From the NCBI GenBank assembly GCA_013239625.1, contig MU053934.1:4482399-4546398 (forward strand): a stretch of 64,000 nt of DNA, in the 5' to 3' direction. Under the pieces are notes generated by a model. The model was not told where the DNA came from. It made no database searches and saw nothing but the letters and a program-made list of their open reading frames with translations. Source of the stretch: Lama guanicoe. Taxonomy: Eukaryota. The first letter of the stretch is position 1. Each line of letters begins with the position of its first letter. The position numbers and the translations under genes were made by a program. Positions 1-13,511 of this stretch are shown piece by piece.

Positions 1-1570
1 GCGCGCGTGTGCCCCGCGTGTGCACGGGCGTGGCGGCGGCGGGCGCGCGACCCGGCCGTGGTAATGCGTGCCCGTTGCTCTGCGCACCCGCCCGCCCGCC
101 GGAGTGCAGCATCGCCTCCGGCCAAGAGTGTGCATGCGTGGGGTGAGTGAGCGAGTCGGGGGGCCGGGCGGGGTGGGCTGCGGAGAGCAGCGGCGGGGGC
201 GCCGCCGTTCCCAGGACGCCCTGGCACCGGGCCCAGCCCCCAGGCCCCGCGGCGAGGAAAGACGGCAGCTGGGGCCGGCCGGCGCCCCCCTCCCCAACAG
301 CTGGCCGCGGCCCGGGGGGCTGCGGGAGCAAAGAGGAGGGGACGTCGGGAGGGGCCTGCAGGGGGCCAGGCCGAGCCCCGCGTCCTCCCTCCCGGGTGCT
401 GGCCGCAGGGGCTGGCCGCGGAAGGGCGGGGCCCCAGGGCGGGCGGCCGGCGGCCCTCGAGGAGCCCCGAGAACAAAAGGAGACGGCGACGGCTCCTCCG
501 TGGTCAAAACAACCTGCGCTGGCGGCGGCCCAAGGCCCGGCCGCGGCCTCGGAGCTCTTCACCTTAACCCCTTCGCCGCCGCCGCCTCCTTCCTGCGCCT
601 CTTTGGAGGCCGAGAGGGGCCCGCCCTCCCCGGGAGCGGGCGAGATGCGGGCTCCCGGCTGCGGCCGAGCGGAGGCGGGACGGGACCCAGGCACGCCGGC
701 TCCCGGCTGCCCTCTTCTCCCCAGCACCTCGCGCCTCCTCCCTGCCCCGCCCCCTTTCCCACCTGGATTCCGGGTAGACTTGCCAACTCACTGCTACGTG
801 AGGCGGGGAGGGGTGCGGGGCACTCATCCGACCCGATAGCTCCCGCAGACGTTTTTATACTCCACCTCCCTTGCTGCTATGCTTTTACAGGCGGCGCGCT
901 CCGCACCCTGCAAGCGGGGGAGAGGGGTGCGTCTTCTCGCAGGGCGCGGGCGCAGGTATGGCGCGACCTCAGGCACACACCGCCCCAGGGGCTGTATTCC
1001 CTAAGAGCCCCTACTCCTCCCCTAATTTCAAGTGCCCAAAATCTCTCTCGGCACCCACCGCGCCCAAGACACAAGCTGCTCCTGCACCGCACTCTGGGGC
1101 CGGGCAAGACCTGCGCTGGTCCGAGGGCACCCACCCCGACCCGGAGTGGGGGCCAGAGTGGGATGCAAACCCCCGCCCAAGGTTGGCGTGGCTGCCAGTG
1201 GTGCGCGAGCTCGCATCTCCCGTGCAAGCCGGGTCCTGGACAGGACCTAAGCTGCACCGAAGTGGGCTGGGGAGGACGCGCTGCCTGCTGCCTTGGCACC
1301 ACCCCACCCTCTCCCTTTGGCAGGAAGGGGGCTTATTCTCGGGTTCCTGAGGGGTAGGAAACAGGACCACGCACACCCACCCCTGACGCTAAAAAGCTCT
1401 AAGATCTGGGATCGCACCGCAGGAAAGAAAGCCACCGCTGCCCCCTCCCCTTAGAGCCTGGCACCTCCCGGACCTCGCGTCCCAGCCCTTGTAGGTTACC
1501 TAGCGCCTTGCGCCAGGCCCAGGGGCTGCATGGATCCAAAGTTCACTGCAGCAAGAGGAGGGGGCGATCA

Positions 1571-2694
<1,124 letters not shown>

Positions 2695-2718
2695 GCCACC
2701 CTTTCAGCTGTTCCGGCC

Positions 2719-2726
2719 TTTATAAA
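2719..2726 (-). promoter_or_regulatory. PDGFB TATA box
   Basis: TTTATAAA (minus-strand context CCTTTATAAAGGCCGG) ~30 nt upstream of the inferred TSS. Confidence 0.85.
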
Positions 2727-2742
2727 GGAGCAGGGAGAGTGC

Positions 2743-2758
2743 GAGAGGTGGGTGGAGA
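2743..2758 (-). promoter_or_regulatory. sis proximal element (CACCC / Sp1-family site)
   Basis: Minus strand TCTCCACCCACCTCTC immediately upstream of TATA, as in the characterised PDGFB proximal promoter. Confidence 0.65.
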
Positions 2759-2813
2759 CAGCCTTTCCTCTTCTGGCTGAGAGTACCGGGAAGGCAAGGA
2801 TGGGGCGCTTAGG

Positions 2814-2819
2814 GGTCTC
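2814..2819 (-). promoter_or_regulatory. Shear-stress response element core GAGACC
   Basis: GAGACC on the minus strand at about -120 to -125, the position known for the PDGFB SSRE. Confidence 0.55.
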
Positions 2820-4654
2820 CAAAAGCTAAGCAGCCCCTCTGCCAGGAATCTGGCCGCTGGGAAGGAAGAACTAAGGGCAGCCAACTGCTGGGCCCCTCAA
2901 CGCAGTGACCGTGGCCTTGTTTCTAGCCCACGTGGTTGGCAGGGTCGGGGGAGTGTCTCCAAGGCCCCCAGCTTGCAGGAGTCCAAGCCCAGCACCTTCA
3001 GGACCAGACATTTGCACCCTGGCACAGGCATTCAGGTGAAGGACTCAGGCTCTGCAGAGCCTGCTCTGGTGCTGAGTAGCTGGGTCACCTTGGGCAAGTC
3101 ACTTCCTTTCTGTGCTCCTCCATCTCACCTCAAAGTGGGGTAGAGTTATTGTGTGGCCTTAATGCCAGAAAGGGCAAAAAGCACCCAGCCCCAAACCAGC
3201 CACAAGGTGATCACACAAACCCTGCAGCCAGTACCATTCAGCTGAAAGCTGGGTGCACATCTCCTCCTCCTCGCCGGTTGCCTGGCACACAACAGGCGCT
3301 GCCGGCATTGGCTGAATTTGAATTTGTTGAACTGCAAAGTCACACAGCCCCCACCCCCCACAACCCTGCAGCATCCTTGCAGGGCCGCCATCATGGTCCT
3401 CCAGTCACCCTGATGTTTACTACCTCCTTCAGCCCACAGGCTGGCTGCCCAGGACCCTGTCCACGCCAGCATTCACACAGTTAACGCCTTCAGCCCCCCA
3501 GCTCTGGGAGCTGCTATGTCCCTGCCTTCAGCAGTCACACGGTCACAGTCACAGAGTCACACGCTTGCACACTGAGCCCAGCACCCACACAGGACACGCA
3601 GGCTCCCTGCATCGCCCAGCTCCTGGCTCGAGGGCACCTTTATCTGGTCCCCTTGTGTTGTCTCTGTTGTCTGCCCTTTGTACCCACACATCCCTATGGA
3701 GTGGCAGTCTGCTCCTCACAAGTGCACACACCCTTAGTCACTGAGACAGGTGCACTCATCATCTCTTCATAAATCATCTTCTAGGGCCTGAATAGGGGTG
3801 CTGAGGAGGAGGGAGGACTTCCAAGGAGGGCCCCTCTACAAACAGCCACACACACCACCCTCTGCCCATTACTGCCTAGGCAGTGTGGCACAGTGGCCAA
3901 GAGACAGGTCAGGGGCAGGTCACCTTGGTTCAAATACTGGTGTGACCACTTGCTGGCCAAGCATCTCTAGGAAGTTTAACTTCTCAGTAACTTGATTTCC
4001 TTCCTTACAAATGAGATAAATCTATAATTGAAGGGAGGGAGTGATTTCAAAGGGACATGGGGGATTTTTAGGGGTGATGGAAATGTTTGTCATCCTTGCT
4101 GGTGTTGATGGGTTCGGGCTAGACACACGTATCTAGACTGGTAAGTGCTTTATTCTATTTCAATCCAGTTGTAGAAGAATTTGTACCTACTTCATAGAGT
4201 GGTCTGGAGGCTCAGATAAAATAATCCACGTGGAAGCACAGAGTGGGATGCCTGGCACCCAGAGCGCATCGTTTCTTTGCCACGGCTTTCGAGTGTTCCC
4301 TGGTGGCCAGGCACTGTTCCAGGCACCGGGGAGATGGCATAATGTTGCTACTGCTTTGGAGGAGCCCCCATGAGGAAGGACAGACAGATGCATAAGCAGA
4401 AAAATTAGGAGATAGGGTAACAAGGGAGATGGGGTGGGGAGAGATGGGAAAGTAATCTCCAAACACTAGATTTGAAGCATAGGGACTTAGAGCTAAAACT
4501 GTGCTCCACTGGACAGCTGGGTGATTTTGACCTTGACCTTCTGAATCCTTCTTTATAATTGACAATGGCTGCTGTTATTATTGAGGTGAACTTATGGTTG
4601 GTAGTGTCCTTCTTACTCTGCATGTGATCTCTCAGTGCTCCAGTGAGGAATGGT

Positions 4655-4810
4655 ACTCCTGTCTTACACGTGGAGAAATTGAAGCACAGAGAGAAGAAGC
4701 AACTTGTTCAAGGTCACATAGCCACAAGGTTCAAGGTCACATAGTGGTGGAGTTGGGACTTGAACCCAAGCAGTCCCACTGCAGAGCCCACAGGCTTACA
4801 CCTCTATGCT
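4655..4810 (-). mobile_element. MIR SINE fragment (one example of many MIRs, e.g. ~6140-6360, 7670-7860, 14350-14660, 24660-25050, 41850-41930, 49700-50110)
   Basis: MIR core motifs 'gagaaattgaagcacagagag...acttgttcaaggtcaca...ggacttgaacccaagcagtc'. Confidence 0.7.
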
Positions 4811-7800
4811 GTGCTGTCTCCTGGCAGGTGACAGTGACAGCAATGACATGTCTTACACAGTGCTTTTGTGCGTGGCAAACACGTGAATATACACAATAGC
4901 ACTTTGCCAGCTGAGAGTGCTATGCCAATAGGAGTTCTGACTTCCATACACAGTGCCATAGGAGCACAGAGAGGGAGCACACAGCTCTGCCCCAGGAGAG
5001 GGAAGTGATGGGGGAAGGCTACAGGAAGCAGCATCGTTGAGCACCTACTGTATACAGACCCTGTGTGAAGCACTAGGGCATAGAATGAGGAAGGAGAGCC
5101 AGTCCTGGCTCTCTGGGACTGCCAGGATCTTGAGTGAGGTAGACACAAATCATTACAGTCTAGATGTCTTTGTGCGCTGCTTAGAAGTGGCAGGACAGGG
5201 ACAGCGGAGGCAGCAGGGACCACATGACACCTGGGCCTGAATGCCATGCTATGGAGAACCCCTTGCCCGCACCCTCTCCTTGCAGACAACATGTCAATGG
5301 GTGAAGGAAAGAACACCTCCTCCTTTTCCTCTTGAACAGCTCAACTTAGCTGGCACCTCCTTCAGGAAGCCCCCCCCAGGCTTGGTGCTTGCTCTGGGTT
5401 CTCACAGCATGTTCCCCCACAGTATTGCCATTGCCCATTTATTGGTCTAGCACTAGACTGAGATCCCTTCCAGCTTCTGCAGTGCAGCAGTTGCTCAATA
5501 AATGCTTGCTGAAGGAATGAATAAATGAGAAAACATCTTGCCTGTTCCTTCCTGGCCTGTTGGTTCCACTGTCTCAAGGGTGGAAACAGTTGGGGAGGGA
5601 GCTTATAGCATGAGCCTCTAAACTGAGATGCACAGGGTATCTGAGGGGCACCTCCCTCGCAGACCGGGGAAGGCTCCAGCCTATCTTTGACACGGAGGCT
5701 GCTGAGGACTCAGGCTTTCCAGGAGAGCAGGGAGCGGGTTATGTGGGATGGGGGCCACACTCGCATAACTCTCACTCTTCCACCGCCGATAGGTGTGAGC
5801 CAAGTGGAAAACTGAGGGGCCACAGCCCTCTGCTAGGTGCCGGAGAGAGCCTGCCCAAGGCAGGGGGTTTTTAGGCTGTTTAGAGCAATCTAAGCTCTCA
5901 TCCATTAAAAACACCTCACACCCTGGGAGTGGGGCCAGGGGCTGAGGAAGGACTTGGCTTCAATCCCAGGGGCAGACTTGTGCCCTCAAATTCTGAAGGG
6001 TGGAATGACATGTCCTGGGCATCCCTGCTCTGCCAAGAGCCCCAGAAACACCCGTGCCAGGCACAGTCATTTTTCCTGGCTTGATGGAGGAGGAGCTGCA
6101 CCTTCAACTTGGGGACAGTCCAAGGTCAGGCGACAGACGGTGCTCATTTTACACATGAGGAAACTGAGGCTTAGAGAGGACATGGGACAAGGCTTCCCAG
6201 CAAAGACTGCCAGGGTTCAAAGCCCCGTTCTACCATTTATTAGCTCATGACCTGAAACAAGGCACTCCTCCTTCAGTCTGAGCTTCAGTTTCCTCACCTG
6301 GAAAATGTAGATGACAGTGGTAATTACCTCATGGAGTCAAATGAGTTGATACACTCTAAGTGTTGAAAGCAGGAGAGGGCACCCCAAGAAAGTCAGTTAC
6401 CCCAGTGATCGTCATTGCCACTCCAAGCTGCACGCACGCACCCACCTGCCAACCCCAGAGACAGGGGAGGAGAGGAACCCATGGCTGGGAAGGCTACAAG
6501 CATGTCACCTGGAGGGGGGTTTGTCCTCACATAGACCCCCCCACCCCACCCCACCCAGGTGAGGCTTTGGCCACTGTGGCTGTGAGTACAAGGGAGGAGA
6601 GGAAACCCCAGGAAGGCAGACAGACAGGCAGACAGACCCCCAGGCCTAGGGAGGCCTGGAGGAGCCCACCACGCTGTCTCTGTGGCCTTGGGCCTTGAGT
6701 CCTGTATACAAAGGCAAGGGAAACGCAGTGTTTGTTTTCCTGGGGCCCAGGCGGTGCATTTTTAGCTCCTCCAGCCTCCAGACGAGGAAGAGGATGTTTG
6801 GACGGGCAGCTCTGATCTACCTGTCCTGGAAGCTGGCTGGAAATGGAGTTAAGCCTCCCAGGGTGAGGGGAGCTGGGCCAGACAGGCTGGGACCTGGTGC
6901 TAGTCGGCTCTCCCCAGAGAAGGTTCATCCTCACTGCACCGTGGGCTGCTCACCTGCTGGACCTGGAGCACCTGGTACCGTGACATCCTCACCTACAGAG
7001 CATTTACCCTGGGCCAGGAGTGCTACCTGGACTGACAGGAGCCCAGCAATTATTACTATTTTACAGGAACAAGGATGGCCGCGCCCTCACCCGCTCCCTG
7101 GCGGGCTGGTGCTCTTATCTTCGTGTTTATACCTGAGGGAGGGGGCACTGAGGCTCAGAGAGGGATACTAGCTTGCCCAGCATCACCCAGCAAGGAAGCT
7201 GCAGCACCCAGATTTGAATCCAGGGCTGTCATGCCAAAGCCCACACTTTTGCCGTCTCTCTGTTACAGGATGCCTCCCTGCATGGCCTGGCTCAGAGCTG
7301 CCCAGCTTTTCATGTCACTTTGCACGCAGAAGAGTAAACAAATTGAGCCAGATGCAGGAGGCTGTGCAGGGCTAGAGGCATTGGGCCCCCAGAACCCACC
7401 GACCACCCTCGGGGGGAGTGCTGGATCTGGATTAGCTAGCTCTTTCCAAATCAGGGCATCCTGGCTGCCGCGTTCTGAAGATTTGATTGGGGATTCTGGA
7501 AGGGATGGGGGCAAGCAGCCCCCCTTGGTGGGGGCACAGCCAGGACAACGCACAGACCCTCCTTATCTCTCCAGAGGGATGTATCTGTAAGTGAAGGGAA
7601 CATAATGGGCCTGTCAGAATGGGAACCTAGCTACAGTGTAAAAGTCACAAATTTTTCATCAATATTCATAAGAGCAAATGTTTACATGGCACTCACTCTG
7701 TTGACAGCTTGCTCCAAGCCCTTTAGGTGTATTAACTCAGTTAAGCCTTACAACATACCTTTAAGAGAGGAGCCGTGATCACCCCCATTTTACAGGTGGG

Positions 7801-8879
7801 GAAACCGAGATCTGGAGTAGCTTTGCAAGGTCAGGGATGAGATTTGAACCTGGGTGGCCAGTGCCAGCGTCACTCTCTGGACGTCTATGCCTATCTGCCA
7901 GGCTGGGCAGAGAGGAAAACACACAGCATCCAGTTCACCCTGCCCTCACTCACCGGCAGATTTTGGCCCAACTCCACCCCCACCTGGGGAGGGCCCTCTG
8001 GTGGGCATTGGTCTGGACCCCTGGCTGAAGGACCCTCCTCTCGCTGAAATGAATGGTGCCCCACCAGGCCAGGCTGACGCTGGACAGGGGACCCCAGAGT
8101 CTGCTAGAAAGGAAACGCAGATGGGAGGTATGCATGGTCCTCTCTCCCTCGCCTCAGGTTACACTCAAGCCCCCGTCTCCCACCACCGCCATTAGAAAGC
8201 TCCCCTCTGGGAGAAGTTCTGACACAGCTTCGATGTTCAAGGTCCTGTCCCAGCAGTACAAGCCAAGGGTGTTCAGAAGGGACATCTGGGGTTCAGAGAC
8301 ATCATGTGACTTGCCCAAGTTCACACAGTGAGTCGGGGACAGAAATGGGTGACCCTCAGTTCTTTCAAGTCCAGGGACCCCCAGGACCTCAGGCAAGCCC
8401 CTGGAACAGTGACTCTGGAAGTGTTCTGTGGAAGACGGTGGGAAGCCATGAGTAGGAGGGAAGGGACTGGGTGAGGCTGGGATTCGCGGGGAATAGCCGA
8501 TGGCTTATTTTTACCCCAAACCACATCTTTACATGCGCAGTCTGCTCCCAGAGTACCCTTCTTGCTCCTCTCCAGCCCAGGGATCACCACCTTCCTCACC
8601 CGGCCTGCCTGCCCACTGGGAGCTTTTCCTGGGGGTGAGTCCCCAGAATCAGCATGTTGTCCCTTTACACCACTGTCTGGTGGCCACTTGAGGGTGTTGC
8701 CACGTCCTGGGTGTATCTTAGGTCCTCCCCAGGGCTGTAAGTGTCTCAAAGGCAGGGACTGCAAACCTGTGCAGGGGTTTGGGTTGATGGACAAGAACCC
8801 TGCTTGGTGAGCCCCTGGCACCGCGCCCTTCGTCCACACACAGTGCAGTTAACACCTTCTCATCACGGTCTAGATGGAC

Positions 8880-9030
8880 ACCCTTACTCCTCAGAGTGCG
8901 GTCCACCCACCACCAGCAGCCACATCACCTGGGGACTTGTTAGATGTGTATAGTGTCAGGCCTACCCCAGACCTGCCAAGTCAGAATCTGCATTTTAAGG
9001 GGACCCCTGTGCACAGTTTGAGAAGCCCTG
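8880..9030. mobile_element. MER5A-like hAT DNA transposon relic
   Basis: 'cagcagccacatcacctggggacttgttaga...tcagaatctgcattttaa...agtttgagaagccctg' resembles MER5A. Confidence 0.65.
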
Positions 9031-12000
9031 ATCTAAAGCTTAGGTCAAGAACGGTCCAACATCGTCAGTTTGTCTGGCTTAACCCCTGAGCCACCTGACA
9101 GTCAGGAGGAGCAAAGTACATTATTCCCATTCTACAGACAAGAAAACTGAGTCCCGGACTGATCACATGACTTCCCTAATTCACATGATCAGGAAGTGGC
9201 CAAGCCATATGTAAACCAGTGCCATCGGCATCAGAGCTACACTTGCTGGAATAGCCGTCCTGGGCCGGTCCGGTGCTGGGTTTGGAGAAGAGCAGTCCTC
9301 AGCATGCTCATCTGCAGAATGGGGTCCCAACACAATCTGATTGTGGGGAGTATGTGCAGATGTGCCCTGTGTGGTGCCAACTCACCTCTCTGGAGCCCCC
9401 TGCCCTTCAGGGGCTTACAGGCTGAGGCAGACATGTGGAAGACAGACAGACTGAGACAACTGTACAAACACCCTCAGGTGGTGCTTATATAAGTCAAGCA
9501 AACAGAGGGCAGCCCAGCGGGAGTGACTAATCATCTTAATAGTAACCACCACGGCAGCAAGCATAATGCTCCTTCGCCACAGATGCGTGGCCCGGGCACA
9601 TCCTTGCTGAAGCCACAGAGTTGTCATTGATGGACCCAGGTGGGAGCTCGAGGCCCAAGGAAGCCGGGTCTCTCTCCTCCCGCACTCCTCCCCGTCCTCC
9701 TCCTCCTCAGGGCTCTGTCGGGATCGCCTTTATTCCTCCTTAGATGTGAATAGTGCTGAGGGGCCCAGAGTTCACAACCAGCCTCCCCTACATCCCAGCT
9801 GTGTGACCCTGGGCCAGTGCCTGCCCTCTGGGCCGTAGATGAGGATAATTCTGGAACCTCCCACATTTGGTCGTGAGGTTAGTCTAGCGACTGAATGTTG
9901 CTTAGTACACAGAGCGCACTCGGTAAATGGGAGCCGTGGTTACAATTCCCTTCACTTGGACCAGGTGGTCCCCGCAATTTGCCCGAGAGGGAAGCGCCAT
10001 GGCAATGACTAAGCCCTTGTTACGGATGAGAAGACTGAGGCTCAGGGAGGGAAATTGACTTTCCTAAGGTCACCCTGTGGTTTAGAGTTGGAGCAGAGTC
10101 AGATTTGAACTTGAGTCACAGGACTCCCACGACAGTGCTCAAGAGGAAGGAAAAGCAAATGTCAGAAAGGCAGACCCCTCCTCAAGTCCCACCCACTCAG
10201 AGTAAGATCTTTCCTCGTGTGGGATCTGGTGGGGTCGTGCGGAGATGGGGGTGTGTGTCTGTGTGACGTAGCTGTGAGAGGGAACTGGGGGGGGACATGG
10301 GGCTGCGTGCATGCGGGCATCTGTGTGTGTCCATGGAAGCACACAGGCCTGGGAGTAAGAAAGGATGAAAATGCCCCAGGTAGCCGGGGATGGCCCATAC
10401 AGGGGACACTCAGCACCAGCCCCCGAACCACTGGGCCCCTATGTACAGGCGCCGGGGGGCTTCCGTCCCTGAAGACCACCACGTGGGGGAGGATGCATCT
10501 CGGCCTCCGCCCACCATCTCTCAGTCCATCCCCCACCTCCCCCAGCTCCTTCCTGTTTTGATGGAAGGAAAAAATTTCAGCTTTTTCCTTCTTTATTTTT
10601 CCAGACGGGTGACTCGCTCGGGAAAGGAATTCCCCCCTCCCCAAACCATCATAATACCTATAAATCGATGCCATAGATACAGGCCCATCCTGTTGTGCTG
10701 GGATAGTCACCGCTATTTTTGGGCACTTTATGGGGGTGGTACTCCAGGGGAGGGGATATAGAGGGGCACTCAACTGCCTCTTCCCAGTCCACATCCCCCC
10801 TCCCAGGTTCCTCCCCACCCCCACCCCTCCTCCCTGCCCGAGTTCTGGGAGGAGGGAAGGAAGGCTGCTAAGCCAGGGTATAAATAACTCAGGTGGTTAC
10901 TCAGCTCCTGAGAACATGATAACATGAGTCATGATGTGAAATCAAGAGGAGCAGTGAGCAGCCTTGGGCCGCCACCCTGGGCAGGGCAGTGGGGCTGCAG
11001 GCAGAGGAGATCTAGTGCCTGGGGACCCGCGATGGGCAGGGCCCAAGAGGACCGGCAAAGCTGTTGTCCCATGTGTGGTCTCAGGCAAGCCTCTTCCTAG
11101 CTCGGACTCTCAGTTCACTCACCCGGAACATGGGGCGGGTGGACTGGGCTTCATTCCCAAAGCCCTCCCTGAGCTGGGAAGAGGACAGAGAGCAGGGGTC
11201 AAGTTGTGAGCATCTAAGAATTGGGCTCTCTCCCTTCACCTGTCCCAGTCAGTGGCAAGAGCAGGTCTGTTGGAACTTCTGGTCCCATCCCCCTGTTTCC
11301 AAGACAGGTGGCCCAAGGAGTTCTCTGGGCCTCATGGGACTTGCAGGATGGGCAGTGGGTGCTTAGATGGGAGCCCAAGGTTCCTGGACACTTGGCCAGC
11401 TGAGCCTTCCCCCACCAAGGTGGCCCTGAACCAGGGACAATCCCCACCCTCCTTTGGCTGCCTGGCCGCAGTGTGGACAGGAGGCGTGGGTACAGAAACA
11501 GGACACCCTCAAAGATTATTGGCTTAGGCAGTGAGACCAGCCCAGGCAGCTAGTCTGGTCAGCAGCTAGACCCTGGCAGGCTAGGGTCAGAAGGCAGCCC
11601 TAGCCCCCCTGCCTGCTCACCCAAGGAAATCTTCAGCTTCAGGCTTAGCTCCAGAGCAGGGCAGGCCTGGACCCCGTGTTGCCATGGCAACAGGTTCTGG
11701 AGTCTGCGTATCAAGCCACCCTCTCCTGTCCCCCTGTGGCTGCCTGGCCTGCTGGAGAGTGGGCTGTGTCAGGGTGCAGGCCCACAGCACTTGTCCTGTT
11801 GCGAGGGCTGCAGGCCAGGAACACAGTGGATTGCTGTGGACCCAGGGCAGGAGTCAGGCCACAGGGCATCCGTGTGGCCTTCAGCAACTCATTCCTTGGA
11901 TCTGAGCCACGCCCCTGGCTGTAAAATGGCAGAGTAGTGGGGAGGACTAATGGCTGTCCTGAGGGTCACATAGCTGAGCAGTTGTGATCAGGGCCACCCA

Positions 12001-12669
12001 GAGACCCGCTTATCATCTGTGAAGCATCCTTCTCACCTTTGGCCTCAACACCAAGGGCAGCACCCTCAGTGTCTGCACCGCGCTTGGCTCTGCCCTGCTG
12101 ACCCTCAGCCTGGCTTCTGCCCCAGTAGGGAGGCGGCTACCCCACCCGCCGCCCCCCACCCCTGCATGCCGAGACAGCTTGGCATGGCTCAGGCCCAGCC
12201 ATTCAGTGGACAGCCTGCCCTCTGGCCCCTCACAAACAATGGGGACTCCAGGAATATTGTCCTGCCTGGGCTGAATCAAACGCTCTAAATTTAGCTCATC
12301 TGATGCGTCCTCTGCTTCCTGCCCCTGCTGCCCTCCTTTCAAGGCGATGAGGTCACCCCGGAACCGCCTGCCCCAGCGGCCAGACCCAGGGGGTTTCCAG
12401 GGCCAGGGCTGCTCTCTTGCTCTTGGGGAACAAGATGTCAGGGGACCAGGGGACCAGGGGTCATGGGTCCTCCCTCCCTCCCTCCTTCCCTTTCATCCTG
12501 CCCAGCCCCTCTGGCTGCCTGGCCCAGAGCAGAGTCCCCAGGAACTTTACCACCAGCCTGGGTTGGGGGAGGTCACAGAGGGAGGGAGCACTGAGCACCC
12601 AGGGAAGAGGCTCATGTCGAAGAACCAGGAGCCTGGACATGTTGGAAGAAACACAAAGTCTCACCGTCT

Positions 12670-13290
12670 TGCATTCAAAAAAGACTTATTGAGTGCCTGC
12701 TGTGTGCTGGGCCCAGTGCTGGGGAAAGAATGTAACCCTGCCATCCTGGAGGAGACAGGCGGAGGAAGAAGGACAATCAGCAAGTAAACAATAAATGACT
12801 AAGATTGTCTTGGTCATGACACATGTTATGAAGGAAATAAATGGGAGAGATGTGATCGCGAAACCTGGGTGGGTGGAGGACCCTGGTTTAGAGAAAGGGG
12901 TCAGAGAAGGCCTCTCAAGAGGTGACATTTGAGCTGAATCTTGGATGACCAGAAAGAACTATTAGAAGATCTGGGTGGTGCTGAGCCCTTCGGGCAGAGG
13001 AAAGACAATGGCAGCCATCCAGGAGAGAAGAAACTTGTCTGGTTGGGGCAGTTAGGAGGCCAGGAGACCAGTCCCAGGAGGGAGAGGGCAGGGCAGGTGG
13101 GGATCAGGAGGCAGCAGGGGCCAGATGGGGAAGGAGACAGGTAGCCTTCTCTGTGTGAGAGGCGGTCCCCACCCCTGCCCAGGGTGACGGGCAGAGGAGC
13201 CACGCGCCTGACTCAGATTTAAGAGGCCTGTTGGCTGCTGTGTAGAGATGGAACAGCAAGGAGGCCAGGGAGGAGGCTAAAGCCATAACA
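12670..13290 (-). mobile_element. L2 LINE 3' fragment
   Basis: 'cattcaaaaaagacttattgagtgcctgctgtgtgctggg...ggtcagagaaggcctctc...gaggtgacatttgagctg' L2 motifs. Confidence 0.65.
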
Positions 13291-13346
13291 TTTTGGCATA
13301 ATAAAACCTTTGTTAAAGGGCACCTTCAAGATTTACCTGCTTTAGT

Positions 13347-13511
13347 TGGGGAGGGTATAGCTCAAGTGGTAGAGCGCATGCTTAGCATACACAAGGTCCT
13401 GGGTACAATCCCCAGTACCTCCTCCATAAACAAACAAACAAACAAACAAACAAACAAACAAACCTAAGTACTTCCCCACCTCAAAAAAATGATTTAAAAA
13501 AACAGAAAGAA
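13347..13511 (+). mobile_element. tRNA-Ala-derived SINE (camelid Vic-1 type)
   Basis: GGGGAGGGTATAGCTCAAGTGGTAGAGCGCATGCTTAGC head, (CAAA)n and A-rich tail; 19-bp target-site duplication aagatttacctgctttagt at 13328-13346 and 13512-13530. Confidence 0.9.

Noticed and set aside
13347..13425. Possible tRNA-Ala(AGC) genes here and at 19760 and 61867
   Set aside because: A-rich tails, target-site duplications, stem mismatches and no oligo-T terminator indicate SINE/retrocopies
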